The notes under the pieces: generated by a model | What the model saw: only the letters and a program-made list of their open reading frames with translations | Databases searched by the model: none | What the model was told of the DNA's origin: nothing | In this document: piece by piece, positions 20,007 through 27,966 of the stretch | Layout: each line of letters begins with the position of its first letter | How positions within the stretch are numbered: the stretch's first letter is position 1 | Made by a program: the position numbers and the translations under genes | Assembly (NCBI GenBank): GCA_964459335.1 | Contig: CAYWJX010000003.1 | Coordinates: 44 to 64,043 of the forward strand | Direction of reading: 5' to 3' | DNA: 64,000 nucleotides | From: an uncultured Candidatus Saccharibacteria bacterium | GTDB taxonomy: Bacteria > Patescibacteriota > Minisyncoccia > Phycocordibacterales > SBAW01

Positions 20007-20050
20007 GCCGACGTGTTAACAGTCGGCCCCCCGACCAAAGCGTCGGGGCC
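20007..20050. repeat. GC-rich nested palindrome element (family A), intergenic copy
   Basis: GGCCGACGTGTTAACAGTCGGCCCCCCGACCAAAGCGTCGGGGCC, located between the rpsP stop and the KH gene start. Confidence 0.8.
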
Positions 20051-20055
20051 GCCTT

Positions 20056-20439
20056 TTAATTATCCTCAGTCTCCTCCGTCGCGGATGTCACTTCGCTCCC
20101 CTTCGAAGACTCGGCGCTCGCATCCGTAACATCCGCGACTACGGCTGCAGGCTCTTCTACTTTAGCGACTGTCTTTTTTGGAAGTACGTTTATTTTTTTA
20201 GCGTCAATTATTTTTTGAGAAACAAGGAGGTTGTGCACGGTATCCGAAACCTGCGCGCCCATACTCATCCAGTGTTTGATGCGGTCGGCTTTGAGCTCTG
20301 TGCGGTCGGTGCGGGGGTCGTACGAGCCTACCATCTCGAGGTAATTGCCCGGCTGAGGCTTGCGTTTGCTCTCAACGACAATAACCCGAAAGCTCGGGTC
20401 GTTTTTTTTGCCAACGCGTGTGAGGCGGATAGTAATCAT
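20056..20439 (-). CDS. rpsP: 30S ribosomal protein S16 with an acidic/Ser-Thr-rich C-terminal tail
   Basis: MITIRLTRVGKKNDPSFRVIVVES...GSYDP. The ORF extends to 20514, but the conserved S16 N-terminus starts at 20439. Confidence 0.9.
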   Translation of the reverse strand: MITIRLTRVGKKNDPSFRVIVVESKRKPQPGNYLEMVGSYDPRTDRTELKADRIKHWMSMGAQVSDTVHNLLVSQKIIDAKKINVLPKKTVAKVEEPAAVVADVTDASAESSKGSEVTSATEETEDN

Positions 20440-20539
20440 TTTTATGTTTTCTTCGAAAAGAAGACCCCGAAGCGGGGCGTGTGAGTACTGTATCAGAAGC
20501 TGGCTATAAGTCAATAAATACGCTATAGTAAGCCCACTA

Positions 20540-22543
20540 ATGCCTCGGAGACAGAAGGCGGATCACCCAAAGACCGCTAAAAAGCATATAACCGGCATCG
20601 TCCAGATAACCCGCAAAGGCGTGGGATATTTGCCCTTCCCGCTTGCTTTGGGAGATAAAAAAGGGCTCGAAGATATCGAAATAGATACGCTAAACCTGGG
20701 AGGCGCGCTCAACGGCGACACCGTGGAGGCAGAGCTTGTCGGTGTGCATCCCAGGGCCAGGGGCAAGGTAGTAAAAATAGTTTCGCGCGCTAAGAGCGAG
20801 TTTGTTGCAACTCTGCGAAAAACTCAGGGTGCACTCGTCGCTATAGCCGATGATCAAAAGTTTTACCGCCCGATAACTTTGCAAGGCAGTGTTAACTACG
20901 TTGAGGGCGAGAAGGTTGTGGTAAAACTCATCTCGTTTGATGCCGGCAAGGAGCCGGTGGGTACTATCATCAACCATCTTGGCAAAGCCGGCGAGCACCG
21001 CACGGAGATGAACGCCATCGTGCTCGAAAACGGATTTTCGACAACCTTCCCTGCCGCAGTGGAGGCCGAGGCACAAAAAATTGAAGACACGCATGCGGCA
21101 ACTATTGCGCGGGAGATACCAAAGCGTTTGGATTATCGCGATAGTGTCACTTTTACCATCGACCCGGCCGACGCCAAAGATTTTGACGACGCGCTCTCGG
21201 TTGAAGAGCTGCCCAACGGTGAGTATGAAATCGGTGTACATATCGCCGACGCAACCTATTTTTGTGTACCGGGCACAGCCATCGACGACGAAGCGCAAAA
21301 GCGCGGCACGAGCGTGTATTTGGTAGACACAACGATACCGATGCTCCCCCCGGAACTTAGCGGCAACGTATGCTCACTCAAAGAGGGCGTCGAGCGGCTC
21401 GCGTTTTCGGCAATATTCCGCATCGATAACAAAGGCAATGTGCTCGACAGGAAATTTGCAAAAACAGTTATCCGCTCCAATAAACGTTTTACCTACGAGG
21501 AGGCACAAAAAGTTTTGGATGAGCAACGCGGCCCGTATATAAAGGAGCTCACTGTTTTAAAAAACCTCTCACGCATCATGCGCAAAGAGCGAGAACGTAA
21601 GGGCGCTATCGATTTTGGCGACAACGAAGTGCGCTTTGTACTCGACGAGCGTGGCGTGCCGCTCAAGGTGGTGCGCAAAGAGCGCATCGAGACCAACCTT
21701 TTAATCGAAGAGTTTATGCTCCTCGCCAACCGCGAGGTGTCGCTCTTTGTATCCAAACTCGCCGAGCGCGTGCCCGAAAAAAAGTATACCTTTTTGTATC
21801 GCATCCATGACGAGCCTAAAGAAGATAGGATTATGGAGCTCACCACCTTTGTGCGCGCCATGGGATACGACTTTGCAAATAAATCCCGACGCTCTGAGGT
21901 CGGGACCCCGACCAAGGCGTCGGGGAATAAGCCAACAGCCAAAGACATCCAACATTTGCTTAAACAAATTGAGGGCAAACCCGAGGAGCATTTGATACGC
22001 ACCGCCACACTGCGTAGCATGGCCAAAGCAATTTATTCAACAAAAAACATTGGGCACTTTGGGCTTTCATTTGAGTACTACACGCACTTTACCTCGCCTA
22101 TTCGCCGGTATCCCGACATGCTCGCGCATCGTATCCTTGCATCTCATTTAAGCGGCAATCCGATAACACGCACCGAGATGAGCAACTTGGAGCGTATGTG
22201 CATCACCGCAAGCGAGCAAGAGGCAAACGCGGTTGCCGCCGAGCGCGAGAGCATCCGATATAAACAGGTTGAGTATATGCTCCCCAAAATTGGCAAAACA
22301 TTTGATGCGGTGATATCCGGCGTTACCGACTGGGGCTTGTATGTGGAGGAGAAAGAGAGCGCCGCCGAGGGCCTCGTGCGTATGCGCACGATTGGCGATG
22401 ATTTTTATAACTATGTGGCCAAAGACTACGCACTGGTGGGCCAGCGTACGAAAAAAAAATACGCACTCGGAGACCGAGTGCGCGTGAAATTGATTGCTGC
22501 CGACCTTAATGCGCGGCAGTTGGATTTTGAGCTTGTCTCGTAG
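20540..22543 (+). CDS. rnr: Ribonuclease R (RNB family exoribonuclease)
   Basis: RNB motifs FTIDPADAKDFDDALS, YLVDTTIPMLP and HFGLSFEYYTHFTSPIRRYPD, plus a C-terminal S1 domain. Confidence 0.9.
   Translation: MPRRQKADHPKTAKKHITGIVQITRKGVGYLPFPLALGDKKGLEDIEIDTLNLGGALNGDTVEAELVGVHPRARGKVVKIVSRAKSEFVATLRKTQGALVAIADDQKFYRPITLQGSVNYVEGEKVVVKLISFDAGKEPVGTIINHLGKAGEHRTEMNAIVLENGFSTTFPAAVEAEAQKIEDTHAATIAREIPKRLDYRDSVTFTIDPADAKDFDDALSVEELPNGEYEIGVHIADATYFCVPGTAIDDEAQKRGTSVYLVDTTIPMLPPELSGNVCSLKEGVERLAFSAIFRIDNKGNVLDRKFAKTVIRSNKRFTYEEAQKVLDEQRGPYIKELTVLKNLSRIMRKERERKGAIDFGDNEVRFVLDERGVPLKVVRKERIETNLLIEEFMLLANREVSLFVSKLAERVPEKKYTFLYRIHDEPKEDRIMELTTFVRAMGYDFANKSRRSEVGTPTKASGNKPTAKDIQHLLKQIEGKPEEHLIRTATLRSMAKAIYSTKNIGHFGLSFEYYTHFTSPIRRYPDMLAHRILASHLSGNPITRTEMSNLERMCITASEQEANAVAAERESIRYKQVEYMLPKIGKTFDAVISGVTDWGLYVEEKESAAEGLVRMRTIGDDFYNYVAKDYALVGQRTKKKYALGDRVRVKLIAADLNARQLDFELVS
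21885..21925. repeat. GC-rich nested palindrome element (family A), in frame inside rnr
   Basis: CCCGACGCTCTGAGGTCGGGACCCCGACCAAGGCGTCGGGG. It encodes [14 protein letters not shown]. Confidence 0.85.
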
Positions 22544-22748
22544 GAGACGCCGCCGGGCGAGGCAAGCTTTCGACTGCCTTGGTAAAGACTTGGAAGATCA
22601 TGAGCGGCAATTGAGACCACTCGGTGAGCTCTTCGGCATTGGCCGGATCACCGTTTGAATCAATAGGAGTGCGGAAACACTTAAAAGTTCCATCCTCCTT
22701 CCTTTGGAGTAAAAAACGATAGTCTCCTGCGCTGGCTTCGAGCACCAT
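22506..22748 (-). CDS. Small hypothetical protein (80 aa), uncertain
   Basis: An ORF downstream of smc on the same strand. It overlaps the convergent rnr 3' end by 38 nt. No motifs found. Confidence 0.3.
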   Translation of the reverse strand: MVLEASAGDYRFLLQRKEDGTFKCFRTPIDSNGDPANAEELTEWSQLPLMIFQVFTKAVESLPRPAASPTRQAQNPTAAH

Positions 22749-22796
22749 AGTCGGGGCCTCCCTTTACATTCCGTTTAAAACATTAGCACTCTTTAC

Positions 22797-25049
22797 CTAT
22801 TTAGCAACCGCCAATGCTTCTTCAAATTTGACGCTCAAGAGTTTGGAAACACCGTCGGAGCCCATCGTGACACCGTAGAGGACGCCTGCGCGGGACATAG
22901 TTTCGCGGTTGTGGGTAATCAAAATAAGCTGAGATTTTTTGGAAAGGTTCTCTATCATGTCGCCATAGCGGCGCGAGTTGGCCTCGTCGAGCGCGGCGTC
23001 GGTTTCGTCGAGTATCAAAAACGGCGGCGGGTTAACCTGGCTCATCGCAAAAATAAGCGCAATCGAGATAAGCGCGCGCTCGCCGCCCGAGAGCATATGG
23101 ATGCCTTTAACGCGTTTGTGCGGAATGTTAACGGTAATCTCTATTCCCTCCTCTACCTCCACATCGGCATCGTCTTCAAGGTCGGTCCTTGGAGAGCCCT
23201 GAGCTAAGGACCGACCTTGGCGGTAACTTCGCTCCTCGACAATCGCAAGCGAGGCGCCGCCGCCGCCAAACATGAGTTTAAAAAACTCGTCAAACTCTTT
23301 GTTTATTTTTGCAACACCTTCGGCAAAACGGCTCTCGAGCGTTTTGGTGAGCTCCTCTATGAGCTCTCGCAACTTGGCGGCGCTTGCCTCCAAGTCGGCG
23401 AGCTCACGCGCCAAAAATTGTTCGCGCTCTGTTGTCTCTTTGTACTCTTTGAGTGTCTCCGCCGAGTTGCCGGCGCCGAGCTCTTCAAGCCTTATCTTGC
23501 CGCGCTCGAGTTTGCGACGGCGCTCCTCCTGCGCCTCGCGCGGCTCCTCGGCAATCTCTTTATCGGAGAGTTCTTGCCCGTGCGCGCCAAGTACCGTGAA
23601 GCTGCCATACTCGGAGACGCCGCGCCCAATAAGCGCTCCGGCCTCGCCGAGCTCGCGGGTAAAGTTTTCTTTCAACCTTGCGAGAGCATCGGCGCGGGCA
23701 CGCATACCGGCAAGCGTGACCTCGAGCTCGCTCCGTTTTGCCATCGCTTGAAAGAGCTCACGCTCCGCCTCGCGCGAGGCGTCTTTTTTACTTTCGATTT
23801 TTTTGCGCAAAGCATCAACCTCTGCGCGCGCCTTAGCCTCTTTGTGTGCAAGCTCTGCAAGCTCACGCTCCAGCGCCGTTTTTTTGGTGGCAAGCTCATC
23901 GGCGCTTTGGCGCACATGCGCCTCGGGCCGTAAGATTTGCAGGCGACGCATAAACTCGGTGGCTAACACCACAAGCGCATTGAGTTTGGCTTTGAGCTTT
24001 TCGACTTCACCAAGAGCAAGTGTTTCGTTTAATTCGTTTAACACCCTAGTGGCAAACTCCTCGGCTTGCGCCGCGGGCACAGTGCCAGAGAGGGTTTGCG
24101 TGATGCGCGCCGACGCCGCAAGCTCACCCTCGATGCGTCCAAGCTCTCGTGATATTTCCTCGCGCCTGCCGCGGAGTGTCCGGCCTTCCTCCTCAAGCCG
24201 CATCAGCTCGCGCACCGGCTCCTCCTCGCCGTGCTTTTGATTGAGCTCGTGACGCAGATGCAAAATAGACGCTTCTAACTGCGCATGCTCGCGCCTTGGT
24301 TCTTCTTCGGCACTCTTAATTTCTGCCTCTTCAACCTTAATAAACACACTCTCGCGTTTTAGATATTCGGCATAATGCAGGGCGACCTCGTTTTGCAGGC
24401 GCGAGCCTTCCTCGATTTTTTTAACCTGCGCGGTCAAAAACTTTACATGCGGCGCAAGCTCGCGCCGCAGACTCTCAATCTCGCGGACATTCTCGGCAGT
24501 CTTTTCCATTTTGCGCTCGGCTTCCTCGCGCTTATACAAAAATGCCGTGAGGCCGAGCGCGTCCTCTATCATCTCGCGACGCTCTTTAATGCTTGCGGTG
24601 AGCACGCGGTCGGCCTCGCCTTGCGAAATAATATGATGTCCCGATGCGCCGATGTTGGCTTGGCTCAAGAGCTCGGCAATGTCGCGCAAGCGCACGATAG
24701 AGCCGTTGAGTAAATAATCGTTGGCGCCGTCGCGATACACCACGCGCTCGATGGCCACCTCGTCAAAGTCGAGCGTAAGCTCCCTGTCGCTGTTATCAAA
24801 AATAAGTTTTACCGAAGCGCGGCCCGCGCGTGGTGAGGAACTTGAACCGTTCCATATCAAATCCTCGCCGCGCTTGCCGCGCATACTCTTCATCGATTGC
24901 TCGCCCAAAACAAAGCGGAAGCTCTCGGCAATGTTGCTTTTGCCGGAGCCGTTAGGGCCCACCACCGAGGTAATGGCCGAGCCAAAGACAAGCTGAGTCT
25001 TTTTGGCAAAAGACTTAAACCCCGCGAGTTCAATACTCTTTAACCGCAT
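22797..25049 (-). CDS. smc: SMC-family chromosome segregation ATPase, short form (about 750 aa) with no recognisable hinge
   Basis: N-terminal MRLKSIELAGFKSF...GPNGSGKSNIAESFRFVLGEQS, then C-terminal LSGGERALISIALIFAM and FLILDETDAALD, with coiled-coil-like sequence in between. The start at 25049 lies 11 nt after the rnc stop. Confidence 0.85.
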   Translation of the reverse strand: MRLKSIELAGFKSFAKKTQLVFGSAITSVVGPNGSGKSNIAESFRFVLGEQSMKSMRGKRGEDLIWNGSSSSPRAGRASVKLIFDNSDRELTLDFDEVAIERVVYRDGANDYLLNGSIVRLRDIAELLSQANIGASGHHIISQGEADRVLTASIKERREMIEDALGLTAFLYKREEAERKMEKTAENVREIESLRRELAPHVKFLTAQVKKIEEGSRLQNEVALHYAEYLKRESVFIKVEEAEIKSAEEEPRREHAQLEASILHLRHELNQKHGEEEPVRELMRLEEEGRTLRGRREEISRELGRIEGELAASARITQTLSGTVPAAQAEEFATRVLNELNETLALGEVEKLKAKLNALVVLATEFMRRLQILRPEAHVRQSADELATKKTALERELAELAHKEAKARAEVDALRKKIESKKDASREAERELFQAMAKRSELEVTLAGMRARADALARLKENFTRELGEAGALIGRGVSEYGSFTVLGAHGQELSDKEIAEEPREAQEERRRKLERGKIRLEELGAGNSAETLKEYKETTEREQFLARELADLEASAAKLRELIEELTKTLESRFAEGVAKINKEFDEFFKLMFGGGGASLAIVEERSYRQGRSLAQGSPRTDLEDDADVEVEEGIEITVNIPHKRVKGIHMLSGGERALISIALIFAMSQVNPPPFLILDETDAALDEANSRRYGDMIENLSKKSQLILITHNRETMSRAGVLYGVTMGSDGVSKLLSVKFEEALAVAK
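23177..23219. repeat. Long palindrome in frame inside smc (related GGTCGG/CCGACC core)
   Basis: CAAGGTCGGTCCTT-GGAGAGCCCTGAGCT-AAGGACCGACCTTG, with 14-bp perfect arms. It encodes part of RQGRSLAQGSPRTDLED. Confidence 0.8.
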
Positions 25050-25059
25050 TGCGCTTATT

Positions 25060-25752
25060 TTACCATCCCTTTTTGTCGAGCGCGGCTCTGGCCGCGCTCT
25101 GCTCGGCTTCTTGTTTGCTTTTGCCCAGCCCCTCGGCAACAATCGCATCTTGGATGTACACGCCTACAACAAACTGTTTGTCGTGGTCGGGGCCTGTCTC
25201 TTTTATAACCTCGTAGTGCGGCGTAACGCCATGCGTCTCCTGCGATTTTTCTTGCAGGGCCGACTTGGCATCTTGCCAGAGGCGATTTTGTACAATGCCG
25301 TCTATTTTTGGAAAAAGATGCGCTTCGATAAACGCGCGCGCGGCGCCATAGCCTTGGTCGAGATAAATTGCGCCGATGAGCGCCTCAAACGCATTTGCCA
25401 AAAGTACGCCGCGCGCGCGGCCGGTGTCCTTGGCCTCGCCACGTGAGAGCAATAAATATTCGTTGATGCCCAGCTCGCTCCCCACCTCGGCGCACGTGGT
25501 GGCGTTAACGAGCGCCGCGCGATACGCGGTGAGCTCGCCCTCGTCTTTGTGCGGGAACTTTTCGTATAAATAGTGCGTTGCAATGAGCTCGAGCACGGCG
25601 TCGCCTAAAAACTCGAGGCGCTCGTTGTGGCCCGCACTCTCCGAGCGATGCTCATTGACATACGAGCGATGCGTAAAAGCCTGACGCAAAAGCGCCGCGT
25701 CATTAAACGTAATACCCACATTGTCTTCAAACGTTTTAAAATCTTTCTGCAT
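25060..25752 (-). CDS. rnc: Ribonuclease III
   Basis: The signature NERLEFLGDAVLE and a C-terminal dsRBD (GPDHDKQFVVGV...GKSKQEAEQSAA). Confidence 0.92.
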   Translation of the reverse strand: MQKDFKTFEDNVGITFNDAALLRQAFTHRSYVNEHRSESAGHNERLEFLGDAVLELIATHYLYEKFPHKDEGELTAYRAALVNATTCAEVGSELGINEYLLLSRGEAKDTGRARGVLLANAFEALIGAIYLDQGYGAARAFIEAHLFPKIDGIVQNRLWQDAKSALQEKSQETHGVTPHYEVIKETGPDHDKQFVVGVYIQDAIVAEGLGKSKQEAEQSAARAALDKKGW

Positions 25753-26665
25753 CGAGCTTTTGCATTGCTTTGGTAATAATGGGGAGCACGTCTTCGTACA
25801 AGTTGAGCTCGAGCGCTTCTTTAAGCCTAAACCATCGTGCGTCGTCGAGGCCGCCGGTTTGCTTGAGCTTCACATCGACATAAGGCGACTCGGCCAAGAA
25901 GTATGCCACTTGCTTGCGCTTTTTACCAGCCTCCGGGTCGGAGGCGATATACTCGTTGTCGCCGACTTTTTCTTTAAGAGTGATGTCGAGATTCATCTCC
26001 TCTTTTATCTCGCGGATGGTTCCCTCCTCAACAGTCTCGTTTGCAAACTCCGGTTTGTCGCCGATTTTGCCCTTGCTGAGCGTCCAGTGGCCAAAGATGT
26101 CATGCACAAGTGCAAGATATATCTCACCTCCGTGTTTGGCATACACTACTGCGCCGCCGAGGCGCTCGATGGGCATCTGCTCGTACGGAACCTCTTTTTT
26201 CTTTTTTGAGATTTCGTCTTTGCCCGGCTCGCCGAGCTCTTTGTACACGGCACCCAACACGCCGTTAACAAAACGTCCGCTGTTTTCGCCGCCAAAACTT
26301 TTGGCGAGTTCTATCGCTTCGTTGATGGCAACTTTAGCTGGGACCTTTTCCCTATCGGCAAAGAGGAGTTCGTAAAGCCCGAGCCGCAAAACATTCCGGT
26401 CGACCGGTGCGATGCGCTCAAGCGGCCACTCGGGCGCGGCCTTGGTTATCACTAAATCTAAATCGTTTTCGCGCGCAATGGTGCCTTTAAGCAAATCTTG
26501 CATAAAAGGCATATCGCCCGCCGCAGGCGCAAACTCCTCCGCGTTGCGCTCGAGTATGTCCATCGCATTACCACTGTTTTTGCCAAGTTCATTATTGACA
26601 GTGCGAAAGTCCCACTCGAAGAGTGTCTGCAACACTACCGACCTTGAAAGGTGCCTGTTTGCCAT
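25736..26665 (-). CDS. nusB: NusB antitermination factor fused to a C-terminal NUDIX hydrolase domain
   Basis: The N-terminal half carries NusB motifs (VDRNVLRLGLYELLF, INEAIELAKSFGGENSGRFVNGVLG). The C-terminal half carries a Nudix-box-like sequence E-x7-REIKEEMNL after GKIGDKPEFAN. The likely start is MANRHLS at 26665. Confidence 0.8.
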   Translation of the reverse strand: MANRHLSRSVVLQTLFEWDFRTVNNELGKNSGNAMDILERNAEEFAPAAGDMPFMQDLLKGTIARENDLDLVITKAAPEWPLERIAPVDRNVLRLGLYELLFADREKVPAKVAINEAIELAKSFGGENSGRFVNGVLGAVYKELGEPGKDEISKKKKEVPYEQMPIERLGGAVVYAKHGGEIYLALVHDIFGHWTLSKGKIGDKPEFANETVEEGTIREIKEEMNLDITLKEKVGDNEYIASDPEAGKKRKQVAYFLAESPYVDVKLKQTGGLDDARWFRLKEALELNLYEDVLPIITKAMQKLDAERF

Positions 26666-26716
26666 AGGTGAAAAAGAACTTTTGAACTCGCACCCGCCTC
26701 GCAAAACGTATCGATA

Positions 26717-26938
26717 CTACTTTTCCTTTCCATCGTGCTCGGCCTTTTTGGTGCGGCGCACGGCGCGAGCCTGCGCCTTGGCGGCAACATCGACTGCCAC
26801 CTTGCCATTGTAACGCCCGCAGACCGGGCAGGCGCGATGTGAGACACGCATGGTGCCGCACTCGCACTTTACGAGCGAGTGGGCAGCAAGGGCATGGTGC
26901 GAACGGCGGTTAGCCGTATGCGCCCTGGTATGTCTCAT
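26717..26938 (-). CDS. rpmF: 50S ribosomal protein L32
   Basis: MRHTRAHTANRRSHHAL...C-x-C...CPVCG zinc ribbon. Alternative starts are at 26950 and 26974. Confidence 0.85.
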   Translation of the reverse strand: MRHTRAHTANRRSHHALAAHSLVKCECGTMRVSHRACPVCGRYNGKVAVDVAAKAQARAVRRTKKAEHDGKEK

Positions 26939-26974
26939 CCTCACGACCATGCTGGCACTATAGCAAATAAGCAT

Positions 26975-27003
26975 AAAAAAGGCCAGTCGTGTGGCGACTG
27001 GCT
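26975..27003 (-). terminator. Rho-independent terminator upstream of rpmF
   Basis: On the minus strand, GCCAGTCG-CCACA-CGACTGGC(C) is followed by TTTTTT. Confidence 0.7.
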
Positions 27004-27320
27004 CAAACTGGGCGGCTAGGCCTCGACGGTCTGCGCATAACGCACAGATTGAGACTCAAACGTCAGTATTGGTTTCAACACTCGGCCCAAACATTTTCCT
27101 TCCGGAACTCGCCGAGTGAACGCCGGCCGTATGGTCGGACTGGGATCCTCCTCTTTCAACTTAACTAAACAGGCAACCTCTTTCTTGTTGGGAAACAGTC
27201 CTGCGTTTCTTTCGCAGCCAACACAGGAACAATCTTTTCCATTCGGCACGTTTCTCTCCCCAAACCAAGTTTTTTGTACGCACTAACACTCTAGAACTAA
27301 CTGACTTAGTACTATACCAC
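27004..27320 (-). ncRNA. Candidate structured RNA of unknown class
   Basis: About 315 nt between rnhB and a strong terminator. Minus-strand hairpins include CACTCGGC..TTCC-GGAA-GGAA..GCCGAGTG (GGAA tetraloop), CTGCG-AAAGAAA-CGCAG and TCTGTGC-GTTAT-GCGCAGA. The overlapping ORFs (27016-27249, 27161-27370) use a GTG start and rare codons and show no motifs. Confidence 0.3.
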
Positions 27321-27911
27321 TTATATGAGATTCTTGCAAAAGGTTTTGCGATGTATATCCGAGAGGCCAAAGCACTTTATGGCTTTGCGGTGGTTGAGCG
27401 TGCCGTAGCCTTTATGCACCTCAAGGCCATACTTTGGATATTTTTTTGCCAGCTTTTTCATCAGCCTGTCGCGCTCCACTTTTGCGGCAATCGATGCAAG
27501 CGAGATAATCGGCTCAGTGACATCACCGCGCACGATTGTTTTTTGCTTGTACTCCTCCGGCGCATGCAAAAGGCCGTCGAGCACAATGCGCACGCCTTTT
27601 GGGCTCGGCGCCAAGAGCCGCACTCCTTTATATATAGAGTTGTGCACCGCACGCGTAATGCCGTGCTTATCTATATATGCGTTGCCGACAAAACGGATAC
27701 AAAAATAAACGTCGCCAGCCACTTTGCGCGCAAGGAGGAGCTTGTATATCTCTTCCCTCTTTTTTTCGGAGAGTTTTTTGGAGTCTGCAACATTTGAAAA
27801 CGCCCGGCGGATGTTAAATCCGCTCCGTACCATCACCACACCTACAGCCACGGGCCCCGCCAGAGGTCCGCGGCCAGCCTCGTCTATGCCAATAATAAAT
27901 TGGGTTCTCAC
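27321..27911 (-). CDS. rnhB: Ribonuclease HII
   Basis: The motif IIGIDEAGRGPLAGPV near the N-terminus, a DSKKLS motif, and the expected length. Confidence 0.9.
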   Translation of the reverse strand: MRTQFIIGIDEAGRGPLAGPVAVGVVMVRSGFNIRRAFSNVADSKKLSEKKREEIYKLLLARKVAGDVYFCIRFVGNAYIDKHGITRAVHNSIYKGVRLLAPSPKGVRIVLDGLLHAPEEYKQKTIVRGDVTEPIISLASIAAKVERDRLMKKLAKKYPKYGLEVHKGYGTLNHRKAIKCFGLSDIHRKTFCKNLI

Positions 27912-27929
27912 AACCTCATCGTATCAAAT

Positions 27930-27950
27930 GTTTGACTTACGAAGTCGAAC
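27930..27950 (+). repeat. RAYT-1 hairpin, copy 1 (left end)
   Basis: GTTTGACTTACGAAGTCGAAC (stem 8/9 bp, loop ACG). Confidence 0.85.
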
Positions 27951-27966
27951 AACTAAGATACCCGAC

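Noticed and set aside
27016-27370. ORFs 27016-27249 (77 aa) and 27161-27370 (69 aa) between rnhB and rpmF, considered as a YceD/DUF177-like gene that often precedes rpmF
   Set aside because: They are too short, have no DUF177-like C-terminal Cys motif pattern, use a GTG start and rare codons, and the second overlaps rnhB.
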